DNA of 31,718 nucleotides from an uncultured Gammaproteobacteria bacterium (GTDB taxonomy: Bacteria > Patescibacteriota > Patescibacteriia > UBA2169). A program made the translations under genes and the position numbers. Location: NCBI GenBank assembly GCA_964642355.1, contig CAZXOU010000001.1, positions 1-31,718 on the forward strand, read 5' to 3'. The notes under the pieces were generated by a model. It searched no databases, had not been told where the DNA came from, and worked only from the letters and a program-made list of their open reading frames with translations. Shown here one piece after another: positions 6,891 through 16,068 of this stretch (the stretch's first letter is position 1; each line of letters opens with the position of its first letter).

Positions 6891-8867
6891 GTGAATAAGA
6901 CAATTCAAACTGTTGAGCAGGATGCTGATGTAGAACAGTATGAACTGTCGCCCATTGCGCAGTTTATACAAATTTTGACCCAGCGCCAAAGCAGCGCCCA
7001 ATCTGTAACAGACTCATATTGGTGGACATCATTTCCGATAATGGAGTGTATTACAGCAGGGCTTTATCTGTTGGTACAATCCTTTGCCAAAAAGAACCAG
7101 ATGCCGACTAATACTCGGGATCAATTTCTTGCGGCATCGGAATATACCAATAGGTTTGTTGGCGCAGGAATGCATTGCACACATGATTCTGTAGAAGAAT
7201 CTGCAGTAGAATTTGAGAGAATTGTAATACCACAAATCCAAGCTCTTGTAACAGAAACTGAGTCTGGCATTTTGGTAGCAACTGTCCAAACACCAGTTGC
7301 CAAGTTCTTTGCAAGATACATCAAAGAAACTGAACATACTCTTGAAAAGTTAAGAGAATTTGCAGAGCAGCTTAAAACAGAAACTGCTGCCGATGACAGA
7401 ATATCGTTAACCAAAGATAGTTCAATACAGGCTGAATTAAATCTTATACAAGCTTTCGACAAAAAAGACAGGCCTGTACGCCGTATACGAAATAGAGAGG
7501 AGCAAAAGGATGTTCCCATAATTTCTGGTCTTTCGGAAGCTAGGGATACGCTTGAAAGAGTTATTGCAAAAAATGCGTTGTGCAGATTGCTTCCTGTAAA
7601 AGAAGAAGCTTTAGAAGGAATTGTTCATAATGCTATGCATGTTGATGAGCACTGGCTAAACACCCAGTTTCTATTAGCAGCTGCCAGCCTTCCTGACAAG
7701 GAATTTCTAACTGTAAATCAATATACTTTGGCATTATCTAAAGTTAGGGAAAGAACTACAGAATCCGTGATTAGATCATTCTTCAACAGAATGAAAAAAC
7801 GCGGATATGTTCCAAATCCAGGACATCGAAAAGATCTACGAGTATTGGCAAAATCAGCGATTGATGACCCTAAATATGGATTTAGAGCAAGGAACGCAGA
7901 ACATGAGCCATACAATGTTATAGTTAAAATCGACATTGATGACTCAGTAAAGCTTTCTGAACAAGAGGCAGTAAGTGTATTGTGTGGAACTTCTAGTAGC
8001 GCACTGCACATAAGCATGCTTGAAAACATGGAACGAGAAATATTCTTTGACTACTTTATTGAGCCTGTAGTCAATTGGGGAAATCTTTCGTCTGAACTAG
8101 TCGCGACGATCATATTCCCTACTGGAATTAAGGCAGAAATTCTGGCCAAAGGAATAGTTCAGGTTCCAAGTGAAGTAACCTTAGAAGCATTGGAGATGAT
8201 ATCGCATATAGTTAATGGGGATTTAGCAAGAGAAGACATGCTTGAGGCTTTGCTCGCCATTAATCCAACCTATGTGGATGAGGCTTTTGAGCAGAAACAC
8301 ATAGACAAGATCCCTCAAAAGGCCTTAAAAGCTCGTCTTGAATATCTGTTTAGGGATAAAATTGAAAAAGGAGAAGAAAGGAATGTAGAGCAGATTATCA
8401 GCGTACTTTCCAGATTGGAACCTGCTGACGTAGTAAAATTCTGTGATCATCCAAGAATAAGATATATTTGGGCCACAGAAATAGTTCATCACCTGATAGG
8501 GTATCAAGACAGAAACAGAGTGGAAGTAAATGAATTTGACTACGACATATTAATGAGAAAACTTGGAATAGACTTATGGATCCAGTTCGCGCTTGCATAC
8601 TATGTATTTGAGCGCGCAGTAGAGTACGAATCTCGTGTTTCTGGAGACATTATTTATCCCAAGTGGGAACAGATTAGCAAACATCCACATGAACTCGAAT
8701 CTGTATCAGATTACTTGCGAACTCCAAAACAAGAAACAATAAGACTGTTGGTAGAAAAACCCGAAGATGTTGTATACGAAGAATTAACACTCCACCTTCC
8801 GGATCGTCTGATATTGCTGGTAAGTTTTATCAAAAATCGCGACCAATACTACAAAAACGCACCTTAA
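6891..8867 (+). CDS. Large hypothetical protein, 658 aa, probably alpha-helical
   Basis: Long uninterrupted ORF; GTG start with SD AAGGAG; terminator immediately downstream; no recognised motif. Confidence 0.8.
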   Translation: MNKTIQTVEQDADVEQYELSPIAQFIQILTQRQSSAQSVTDSYWWTSFPIMECITAGLYLLVQSFAKKNQMPTNTRDQFLAASEYTNRFVGAGMHCTHDSVEESAVEFERIVIPQIQALVTETESGILVATVQTPVAKFFARYIKETEHTLEKLREFAEQLKTETAADDRISLTKDSSIQAELNLIQAFDKKDRPVRRIRNREEQKDVPIISGLSEARDTLERVIAKNALCRLLPVKEEALEGIVHNAMHVDEHWLNTQFLLAAASLPDKEFLTVNQYTLALSKVRERTTESVIRSFFNRMKKRGYVPNPGHRKDLRVLAKSAIDDPKYGFRARNAEHEPYNVIVKIDIDDSVKLSEQEAVSVLCGTSSSALHISMLENMEREIFFDYFIEPVVNWGNLSSELVATIIFPTGIKAEILAKGIVQVPSEVTLEALEMISHIVNGDLAREDMLEALLAINPTYVDEAFEQKHIDKIPQKALKARLEYLFRDKIEKGEERNVEQIISVLSRLEPADVVKFCDHPRIRYIWATEIVHHLIGYQDRNRVEVNEFDYDILMRKLGIDLWIQFALAYYVFERAVEYESRVSGDIIYPKWEQISKHPHELESVSDYLRTPKQETIRLLVEKPEDVVYEELTLHLPDRLILLVSFIKNRDQYYKNAP

Positions 8868-8870
8868 ACC

Positions 8871-8896
8871 AGGCGGCTATCGAAAGATAGTCGCCT
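8871..8896. terminator. Terminator hairpin between convergent genes
   Basis: AGGCGGCTATC-GAAA-GATAGTCGCCT (11 bp, GNRA loop), then TTAATTTT. Confidence 0.75.
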
Positions 8897-8914
8897 TTAA
8901 TTTTATAATAGATT

Positions 8915-10159
8915 TTATCCAATTTTCTTCTTATCACCCATATACTTCTGCAAAACTTTTGGAACTTCAATAGTACCATCCTCTTGCTGAAAATTTTCCA
9001 TAATCGCTATCATAGTTCTTCCCATTGCACAAACAGTGTTGTTGAGTGTATGAACTAATTTTGAATCTTTGCCATCCTTGTACTTAATTCCTAATCTACG
9101 AGCTTGGAAATCTGTATCATTACTACAACTTGCTAACTCACGATATTGTTCTTGCCCTGGAAACCATCCTTCTATATCATACTTTTTAGCATTAGGCGCA
9201 CCAATGTCTCCTGTGCACATATTCAACACTTGATATGGAATCTTGAGTGACTGCCAAAATTCTTCGGAGATTGCAAGCATTTTTTCGTGCGCTTCCCAAG
9301 AATAATCTTCGTTGCAAAACACAAACATTTCTACTTTATCAAACTGATGCCCACGTATAATTCCAGCTGTATCTTTGCCATAAGTTCCTGCTTCTCTTCT
9401 AAAGCAAGTTGAATATCCAAAATATTTTAAAGGCTCTTTGGCAACATCTACTGTTTCCTTAGAATGGTAAGATGCTAAAGGCACTTCCGCTGTGCCAACA
9501 AGGTAAAGATCGTCTTCATCTGCATTAACTTTATAAATTTCATTTTTATCAGCTGGAAAAAATCCTGTTCCATACATTGCATCTTCTTTTACCAGCATTG
9601 GCGGAAGCATTGGAATAAATCCCTTTTCACTCATAAACTCTGTGGCATATTGCATAAGTGCAAATTGCAATCGAACCAAATCCCCTTTTAAATACCAAAA
9701 TCTGGCTCCAGATACTTTTGCTCCGCGCTCCGTGTCTATTAAGTCCAAATCTTTTCCAAGCTCTGCATGATCTTTTACTTTAAAATCAAACTTTGATTTG
9801 TCTCCCCAAGTTTTTACAACTTTGTTTCCTTTTTCATCTTTTCCTTTTGGAACTGATTCATGGGTGATGTTTGGCAGTTGGATTAATAGTTCGTTTAAAT
9901 CTTTTTCGATTGGATTTAATTTTTCTTCCAACTTCTTAATCTCTTCGCCCAATTTTTTGAGTTTCTTGATTTCATCTGCAGATGGCTTTGATTTTGATCC
10001 ACCTTTTAGTTCTGCACGCTTTTCATCTATTTGTGTAACTAGCTCTCTTCTATTTTCATCCAATTTTAAAATTTTATCCACATCTACATCTGCGTTGCGG
10101 ATTTTATTGTTTTCTTTTACATCTATTGGATTATCACGAATAAATTGAATGTCTATCAT
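8915..10159 (-). CDS. serS: Serine-tRNA ligase
   Basis: MIDIQFIRDNP start, GTAEVPL, CFRREAG, RGHQFDKVE, ELASCSN, HTLNNT. Confidence 0.97.
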   Translation of the reverse strand: MIDIQFIRDNPIDVKENNKIRNADVDVDKILKLDENRRELVTQIDEKRAELKGGSKSKPSADEIKKLKKLGEEIKKLEEKLNPIEKDLNELLIQLPNITHESVPKGKDEKGNKVVKTWGDKSKFDFKVKDHAELGKDLDLIDTERGAKVSGARFWYLKGDLVRLQFALMQYATEFMSEKGFIPMLPPMLVKEDAMYGTGFFPADKNEIYKVNADEDDLYLVGTAEVPLASYHSKETVDVAKEPLKYFGYSTCFRREAGTYGKDTAGIIRGHQFDKVEMFVFCNEDYSWEAHEKMLAISEEFWQSLKIPYQVLNMCTGDIGAPNAKKYDIEGWFPGQEQYRELASCSNDTDFQARRLGIKYKDGKDSKLVHTLNNTVCAMGRTMIAIMENFQQEDGTIEVPKVLQKYMGDKKKIG

Positions 10160-11376
10160 AATTCTTTTGCGTCTATTAGATTGCTTTCTTTTTCGTTTCT
10201 TTCTTTTTTCTCAATCTTGCCATCTGTTTTTGGACTTATAATTAATCGCGTGCTGATTCCAATAAGATCTGCATCATTAAGCTTTTCTGCATTTGAGGAT
10301 TCTCTCCTGTCATCCCACAAAACTTCTTTACCGGATTTTACTAGATCATCATATACTTCTTCTGATTGCTTGTAGACTTTTTCATCATCACCCAATGTGA
10401 CTAAATGATATTCGTAAGGTGAAACTTCTTTTGGCCAAATAATTCCTTTGTCATCATTACTTACTTCCACAATTGCTCCCATCAATCTAGATATTCCGAT
10501 TCCATAGCAACCGATGATAACTTCTTTTTCTTTTCCATCTTCATCTGTAAATTTTAAATCAAAATCTTTAGAAAACTTTTTTCCAAGATCAAATATGTTT
10601 CCTACTTCTATGGATTTAACTGCTTCTACGGCTTTGCCACACTCGGGGCAATTGTCTCCATCTTTTAAATCTCCTACAATTTCTTTATTCCGAGCCTCTG
10701 CGCACGAGCATTTAAAGATTAGATCTTCCCCATTCTTCGTCTCTACCTGAAACTCATGTGAATACTCATCTGTAAATGAGCCTCCGCTAGCAAGTGTTAT
10801 AATTACATCTAAACCACAACGTTTAAAAACATTTAAATATGGTTCTTTCATCTTCTCGTAATAATCCTTAAGATCATCCTCGCTCGCATGGAAACTATAT
10901 AAATCTTTCATCAAAAATTCCCGCCCGCGAAGCAAGCCTGCTTTAGCGCGTAATTCATCGCGAAATTTAGTTTGAATTTGATACCAAGCTCCTGGCAAAT
11001 CTCGGTAAGAGGCAATATGTTTTTTTGCCAAAGGCACAATTACTTCCTCGTGCGTTGGCCCTAATGCATAACTAGAACCTGTTTGTGATTCTAATTTAAA
11101 CAAAACATCCATTTTATCCCATCTATCAGTTTTCTCCCAATTTTCTTTTGGATGTAATGCAGGTAAATAGATTTCTTGGGCATCCACTTTATTCATTTCA
11201 TCGCGAACTACATCACTTATTTTGTCTAAAACTCGCCACCCCAAAGGCAGGTAAGAATATACTCCTGCCATTAATTGATCAACAAAACCAGCGCGAACCA
11301 ATAGCTCGTGGTTTATACTAGTAGCATCTGCTTCCTTAGTTTTACTTGTTTTGCCAAATAGCTTGGATTGCAACAT
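10156..11376 (-). CDS. proS: Proline-tRNA ligase (short form, editing domain largely absent)
   Basis: LGPTHEE, KFRDELR...GREFLMKD, GCYGIG, NDADLIG; ATGA overlap with serS. Confidence 0.95.
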   Translation of the reverse strand: MLQSKLFGKTSKTKEADATSINHELLVRAGFVDQLMAGVYSYLPLGWRVLDKISDVVRDEMNKVDAQEIYLPALHPKENWEKTDRWDKMDVLFKLESQTGSSYALGPTHEEVIVPLAKKHIASYRDLPGAWYQIQTKFRDELRAKAGLLRGREFLMKDLYSFHASEDDLKDYYEKMKEPYLNVFKRCGLDVIITLASGGSFTDEYSHEFQVETKNGEDLIFKCSCAEARNKEIVGDLKDGDNCPECGKAVEAVKSIEVGNIFDLGKKFSKDFDLKFTDEDGKEKEVIIGCYGIGISRLMGAIVEVSNDDKGIIWPKEVSPYEYHLVTLGDDEKVYKQSEEVYDDLVKSGKEVLWDDRRESSNAEKLNDADLIGISTRLIISPKTDGKIEKKERNEKESNLIDAKEL

Positions 11377-11409
11377 AATACACTAATACTATCACGTTAT
11401 ACATCTAAA

Positions 11410-12246
11410 TCAAGAGTTTAAAAGATTTTTTACCCCAACATGGACTTTCATATCTTCTACTCCTTGCGCATATGTTCGTTTTAAATGTTTAGGATTCTGC
11501 TGAAACGTACTAATTGGAATAGGCGTTCTTGGCTCAACTATCTCAATGGTGACATGATCTGGAATTTTATATTCCTCAACTTCTTTAATTTGCTCGTAAT
11601 AATTCTTAGAAAACTGACTCCCACGAGATTTAACCCAAGCCCAGAATAGGCTCTGATTAAACGCGCGAAACACCGTATTGTTAATGGCAATAACTTTTGT
11701 TGCTCCTGCCCTTATAGCTTCTCTGGTGTGAGCTTTTAGATTAGAGGATAGATAGGTGTCAATATAATATTTATCATCTATTGCAATTTTTTTTCCATAT
11801 GCCAAAGGCAATGCTTTTGACGCGCGCAAGAGTTCAAAAATCTCCTCTTTGTCTTCTCTCTCTTTAGTAGAGAAATATTCTAAATCTCCATTTGTGTAAT
11901 CAGTTGCGGCTATCAGAAGATTAACTGGTGAATCTATAACAGCTTGAGTATTAAGTGGAATTTCAGATTTAAAAATTTTATCAATTAAATGATCAATGTC
12001 AATAACCTTCCAAAATCTCAAAATATTTACAAATTTTTTATTTGCAATTAAACCAAGCCAAATATGTTTAAACTTGTCAGATTGACCTGCTACATAGTAT
12101 ACAATAGTACCTGCACTTCCAGATGCGCCTACCACAATATCAGGCTCAGTTAAATTATATTTCTCTATAAGCGTGTGAATGGCACCAGCTGAATAACTAC
12201 AACTCATCCCTCCTCCAGAAGCAACTAAAGCGATCTTTTTTTTCAT
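11410..12246 (-). CDS. Patatin-like phospholipase
   Basis: ALVASGGG oxyanion loop, GASGSAG nucleophile region, LRASKALP, D-T-Y in place of DGG. Confidence 0.8.
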   Translation of the reverse strand: MKKKIALVASGGGMSCSYSAGAIHTLIEKYNLTEPDIVVGASGSAGTIVYYVAGQSDKFKHIWLGLIANKKFVNILRFWKVIDIDHLIDKIFKSEIPLNTQAVIDSPVNLLIAATDYTNGDLEYFSTKEREDKEEIFELLRASKALPLAYGKKIAIDDKYYIDTYLSSNLKAHTREAIRAGATKVIAINNTVFRAFNQSLFWAWVKSRGSQFSKNYYEQIKEVEEYKIPDHVTIEIVEPRTPIPISTFQQNPKHLKRTYAQGVEDMKVHVGVKNLLNS

Positions 12247-12261
12247 GATTAAATTGATTAA

Positions 12262-12292
12262 AAAATAAAAACGGAAATTCCGTTTTTATTTT
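12262..12292. terminator. Palindromic terminator after gap
   Basis: AAAATAAAAACGGA-AAT-TCCGTTTTTATTTT, 14-bp inverted repeat. Confidence 0.7.
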
Positions 12293-12300
12293 AGTAATTA

Positions 12301-13320
12301 TTAAATTTTAAGCTCTTCTACCATTTCTATGAGACGGTTTGCATACCCCCATTCGTTGTCGTACCATGCGAGAATTTTGAGCATATTGCCCTCCACTACC
12401 TTGGTAAATCCTAAATCAACAATTGCAGAGTGAGGATTTCCGATAATATCATGCGATACTAGCGGCTCCTCTGTAACCTCTACAATTCCGTTGTAAGGAT
12501 ATTGCCCTGCTTTCTCTTTAAACAGCTCATTTACTTCTTCTGCTGTTACATCTTTTTTAAGTACAAAAGTAAAATCCGATAATGATCCATCTATGCTTGG
12601 AACACGAATGGCTATTCCATCAAACTTGCCTTCTATCTCTGGAATGGTTTTGGAAGTTGCTGTTGCTGCCCCTGTTGTGGTTGGAACAATATTTTGCGCG
12701 GCTGCCCTGGCTCGTCTTAAATCTTTATGCGGACCATCTACTAAATTCTGGCTTGCTGTGTACGAGTGGATTGTGGTCATCATTGCTTTTTCTATACCAT
12801 ATTCTGTATTAATGATGCCCACAACAGGCGCAATGCAGTTTGTAGTGCAAGAAGCATTAGATACTATCTTACCCTGTATTCCTTCTTCTGTATTTACGCT
12901 AATTACATGGGTTGCTACCTTGTCGTCTTTTGCGGGCGCCGAAACAACTACTCTTTTTGCCCCAGCTTTTATATGCCCCTCTGCATCATCATGCTTTACA
13001 AACAATCCAGTTGATTCAATAACAACATCAATTTCCATTTTTTTCCAGGGAAGATCTTTTGGGTCTTTTACTTTTAATATGGGTATTTCAATGTCATTGA
13101 TTATAATATTTTTTTCGTTGTGGCTTATATTTTTTTCGTATTTTCCGTAAACAGTGTCATATTTTAAAAGATATGCCAAAGTTTCTGGATCAACTAAATC
13201 ATTTATTGCAGAAATCTCAATATCTTTTTTTTCTAGCGCAATTTTAAAAGCAGCTCTTCCAATTCTGCCGAATCCATTAATTGCGATTTTTAATTTTTGT
13301 TTATCTTTTTGTTTGTCCAT
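12301..13320 (-). CDS. gap: Type I glyceraldehyde-3-phosphate dehydrogenase
   Basis: INGFGRIGR, SNASCTTNC, WYDNEWGY. Confidence 0.97.
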   Translation of the reverse strand: MDKQKDKQKLKIAINGFGRIGRAAFKIALEKKDIEISAINDLVDPETLAYLLKYDTVYGKYEKNISHNEKNIIINDIEIPILKVKDPKDLPWKKMEIDVVIESTGLFVKHDDAEGHIKAGAKRVVVSAPAKDDKVATHVISVNTEEGIQGKIVSNASCTTNCIAPVVGIINTEYGIEKAMMTTIHSYTASQNLVDGPHKDLRRARAAAQNIVPTTTGAATATSKTIPEIEGKFDGIAIRVPSIDGSLSDFTFVLKKDVTAEEVNELFKEKAGQYPYNGIVEVTEEPLVSHDIIGNPHSAIVDLGFTKVVEGNMLKILAWYDNEWGYANRLIEMVEELKI

Positions 13321-13364
13321 TTGATATATTATATCACACTAGCCTCATAGATGTCATCAGCAAT

Positions 13365-14078
13365 CTAAGAAACAACCGTGCCGATGTCATCTCCAGATAA
13401 TATTTTTCCAATTGTTCCTGGCTTATATTTAAATACAATTATTGGCAACTTGTTATCTCTACACAAGCTAAACGCTGTTGAATCCATAACATTTAACCGT
13501 TTTACTAATGCCGCATGAAAACTTACATTTTTTAATTTCTTAGACTTCTTTATCTTGTCCTTTGGGTCGCTTGTATATACACCATCTACATTTGTAGTTG
13601 CTTTTAATATAACTTCTGCGTCAATCTCCAGTGCTCTTAGCGCAGCTGCTGTATCTGTTGTAAAATATGGACTTCCAACTCCTGCCGCAAAAATTACTAC
13701 TTTACCACTACGCAAATGAGACCTTGCCTGCCTTCTAATATAATCTTCTGCAACTTCTTTTATAGATAATGCTGTAAGCACTCTACAATGCGCACCTGCT
13801 TGCTCTATTTCAGCCTGTAAAGCAATGGCATTAATAATTGTTCCAATCATTCCCATATAATCAGCTGTTGCCCTATCTATAGAATCTTTTGGAATATTTT
13901 TTCCGCGGAATATATTTCCTCCTCCAATCACAACAGCAATCTCTGTTCCTTTTTTGGATAGATCAGAAAATTCATTTGCAATGGTTCTAATTGTATTAAA
14001 ATCTAAACCAAACTTTCCTTTACCCATTAATGCTTCTCCAGACAGTTTGATTAAAATTCTTTTGTACTTATGCTTCAT
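13365..14078 (-). CDS. pyrH: Uridylate kinase
   Basis: ILIKLSGEAL, GGGNIFRG, DYMGM, FTTDTAAALRA. Confidence 0.96.
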   Translation of the reverse strand: MKHKYKRILIKLSGEALMGKGKFGLDFNTIRTIANEFSDLSKKGTEIAVVIGGGNIFRGKNIPKDSIDRATADYMGMIGTIINAIALQAEIEQAGAHCRVLTALSIKEVAEDYIRRQARSHLRSGKVVIFAAGVGSPYFTTDTAAALRALEIDAEVILKATTNVDGVYTSDPKDKIKKSKKLKNVSFHAALVKRLNVMDSTAFSLCRDNKLPIIVFKYKPGTIGKILSGDDIGTVVS

Positions 14079-14107
14079 AAAAAAATACCCAGCGTATGCT
14101 GGGTATT
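14079..14107 (-). terminator. Terminator-like hairpin between tsf and pyrH
   Basis: AATACCCAGC-ATAC-GCTGGGTATT with a T-run directly abutting the pyrH ATG. Confidence 0.65.
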
Positions 14108-14109
14108 AA

Positions 14110-14601
14110 TTAAATTTGTAATCTGGAAAATCCTCCAACTTCAATCTTCTCACCAATTTTAGCAGTTGCTTCATCTAACAGAACTTGGATAGTCTTTGAA
14201 TCGTCTTTAATGAATTTTTGATTTACTAGCAACTCTTCATCATCAATAGATTTTCCTTCTGGAACTTCTTCCCTGTTTGTATAAACCGGATCTGTAGCAA
14301 CCACCTGCATTGCAATGTCTTTTGCAAGCTCTTGAAATCCTTCGTTACGCGCTACAAAATCTGTTTCGCACATATGTTTTACCTGAGCTGCTACTGTGCC
14401 ATTTGCATGAACATAACTGCCAACCCATCCTTCGCCTGTTTCACGATCTGCTCTTTTTGCTGCAATCTTTTGTCCTTTTTTGCGCAAAAATTCTAAAGCT
14501 TTTTCTTCATCTCCTCCGGATTCCTCTAAAGCCTCTTTAATATCAATTATACCAGCGCCTGTCTGGGTTCTAATTTTTTGAATTGTATCTTTATTTGACA
14601 T
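14110..14601 (-). CDS. tsf: Elongation factor Ts (short form)
   Basis: IRTQTGAGIIDIKEAL, LRKKG, CETDFVA; 163 aa. Confidence 0.93.
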   Translation of the reverse strand: MSNKDTIQKIRTQTGAGIIDIKEALEESGGDEEKALEFLRKKGQKIAAKRADRETGEGWVGSYVHANGTVAAQVKHMCETDFVARNEGFQELAKDIAMQVVATDPVYTNREEVPEGKSIDDEELLVNQKFIKDDSKTIQVLLDEATAKIGEKIEVGGFSRLQI

Positions 14602-14603
14602 AA

Positions 14604-15308
14604 TTATTCTTTAGGTTTTTCTTTGCCTGCAATCACTGCATCTGCAATGATTTTAGTGATGAGTTCAATTGCTTTTAACGCATCATCATTAGCAGGAATT
14701 GGGTAATCAATTTTGGTAGGGTCAGTATTACTATCCACAAAAGCTACCACAGGAATTTTAAGCTTTCGCGCTTCAGCTAATGCTGTTTTGTCGTACTTAG
14801 TATCTACAATAAATACGGCACCTGGCTTTCCTTTAACATCTCTAATACCACCTATTGCTGAAGTTAATTTTTCGTAATCATCTCCAAATTCTAATTGTTC
14901 TCGCTTAGTGTACTTTGCTAATCTGCCAGATTGCTTGTCTTCTTCGTACTTTTTCATTCTCTTAAGCATGCTTTCTATTGCTTGCCAGTTGGTAAGAGTT
15001 CCGCCTATCCATCGGTTTACCATAAAAGGACTTTCTGAGCGCTCTGCATTTTCTTTCACTGCTTTTCGTGCCAAAGGTTTTACTCCTACAAATAATATGG
15101 ATTTTCCTTGTCCGCTAAGTGATGAAACCTCTTTAACTGCTTTTTCCAAACTTTCTCTGGATTTGGCTAAATCAATTAAATGAATTCCTCCACGTTTCCC
15201 GTATAAATACTGCTCCATTTTAGGATGCCAACGGCTTGTTGTGTGCCCAAAATGAACACCTGCCTCTAGTAGGTCTTCTATTGATGGTAATTTAACTTGT
15301 TCTGACAT
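14604..15308 (-). CDS. rpsB: 30S ribosomal protein S2
   Basis: LLEAGVHFGH, RWIGGTLTNW, DSNTDP, PANDDA; SD AAGGAG. Confidence 0.97.
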   Translation of the reverse strand: MSEQVKLPSIEDLLEAGVHFGHTTSRWHPKMEQYLYGKRGGIHLIDLAKSRESLEKAVKEVSSLSGQGKSILFVGVKPLARKAVKENAERSESPFMVNRWIGGTLTNWQAIESMLKRMKKYEEDKQSGRLAKYTKREQLEFGDDYEKLTSAIGGIRDVKGKPGAVFIVDTKYDKTALAEARKLKIPVVAFVDSNTDPTKIDYPIPANDDALKAIELITKIIADAVIAGKEKPKE

Positions 15309-15326
15309 AATATATTCTCCTTTTAA

Positions 15327-15360
15327 TCCGCCTCATCGGCGGACCCGCCGATGAGGCGGG
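15327..15360. repeat. REP-like palindromic doublet in the rpsB leader
   Basis: TCCGCC-TCATC-GGCGGA followed by CCCGCC-GATGA-GGCGGG; together a perfect 15-bp inverted repeat (15328-15359). Confidence 0.7.
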
Positions 15361-15451
15361 CTACTACTGTATATCATAGCACGATAGACCCCTAAACGGG
15401 GAGGATAATCAAGCTCAATACAGTATGATTGATTAGTAATTTGTAAACCAA

Positions 15452-15480
15452 ACTATAACACAAGACTAAAAATAATGCAA
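15452..15480 (-). promoter_or_regulatory. rpsB-tsf promoter
   Basis: TTGCAT, 17 nt, TATAGT with extended TGn; followed by a structured leader (stem 15425-15365). Confidence 0.7.
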
Positions 15481-15482
15481 AT

Positions 15483-15512
15483 TTGACAGCAGCAGCTTGT
15501 GAACAGTATAAT
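15483..15512 (+). promoter_or_regulatory. Consensus promoter with no intact downstream sense gene
   Basis: TTGACA (15483-15488), 18 nt, TATAAT (15507-15512). Confidence 0.6.
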
Positions 15513-15701
15513 AAAAGTATCCTTTATGACTGAACAGGAAAAGATTAATTAAACATACTCAGAAATCAATCGCGACATTGCCCAAATAGTCTTTGCGATA
15601 TTTCTAAATACAGCCGTTTGTAGGCGGAACCCCTAGACCAGACTTTGCGCTAATCGGAATATTCGGATCACTCGGATTTTGGGCATTAAGCATTTTCTTT
15701 C

Positions 15702-16028
15702 TTAAAAACAACTATGTTTAACTTCAACAACTAGTTCACCAACTTGGACTTTGAATTCAACACCCCACTCTCCTTCGCCGTAAGCATTTATATGCACGAG
15801 AGCAGGCTTAGCTTCTTTATCGAACACAAGCCCAACAAAATGATATAACTGCTCAAGCTTCCACTCTCCACAACCATCAGAATTTTGCCACCCTTCATTG
15901 TCCAAATCTATATCAGTTCTACAAATCCGCCAATGCAGAACCACGTCCTCATCAAGCAATGCAGGATCTTGGAACAAATTGCCAATCTCTGCATTTGGAG
16001 CAACTAAAGCAGATTCTAACGCGCACAT
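15702..16028 (-). CDS. Acidic hypothetical protein, 108 aa, downstream of the Ile attenuator
   Basis: SD AAGGAG 8 nt before ATG 16028 (MCALES...); no recognised motif. Confidence 0.65.
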   Translation of the reverse strand: MCALESALVAPNAEIGNLFQDPALLDEDVVLHWRICRTDIDLDNEGWQNSDGCGEWKLEQLYHFVGLVFDKEAKPALVHINAYGEGEWGVEFKVQVGELVVEVKHSCF

Positions 16029-16068
16029 GAGACACACTCCTTGTTTAAAGTTAAAGAACAAAACAACT

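Noticed and set aside
10156-14601. Short ProRS and short EF-Ts as novelties
   Set aside because: Reduced forms of both are already known in other bacteria, including streamlined lineages.
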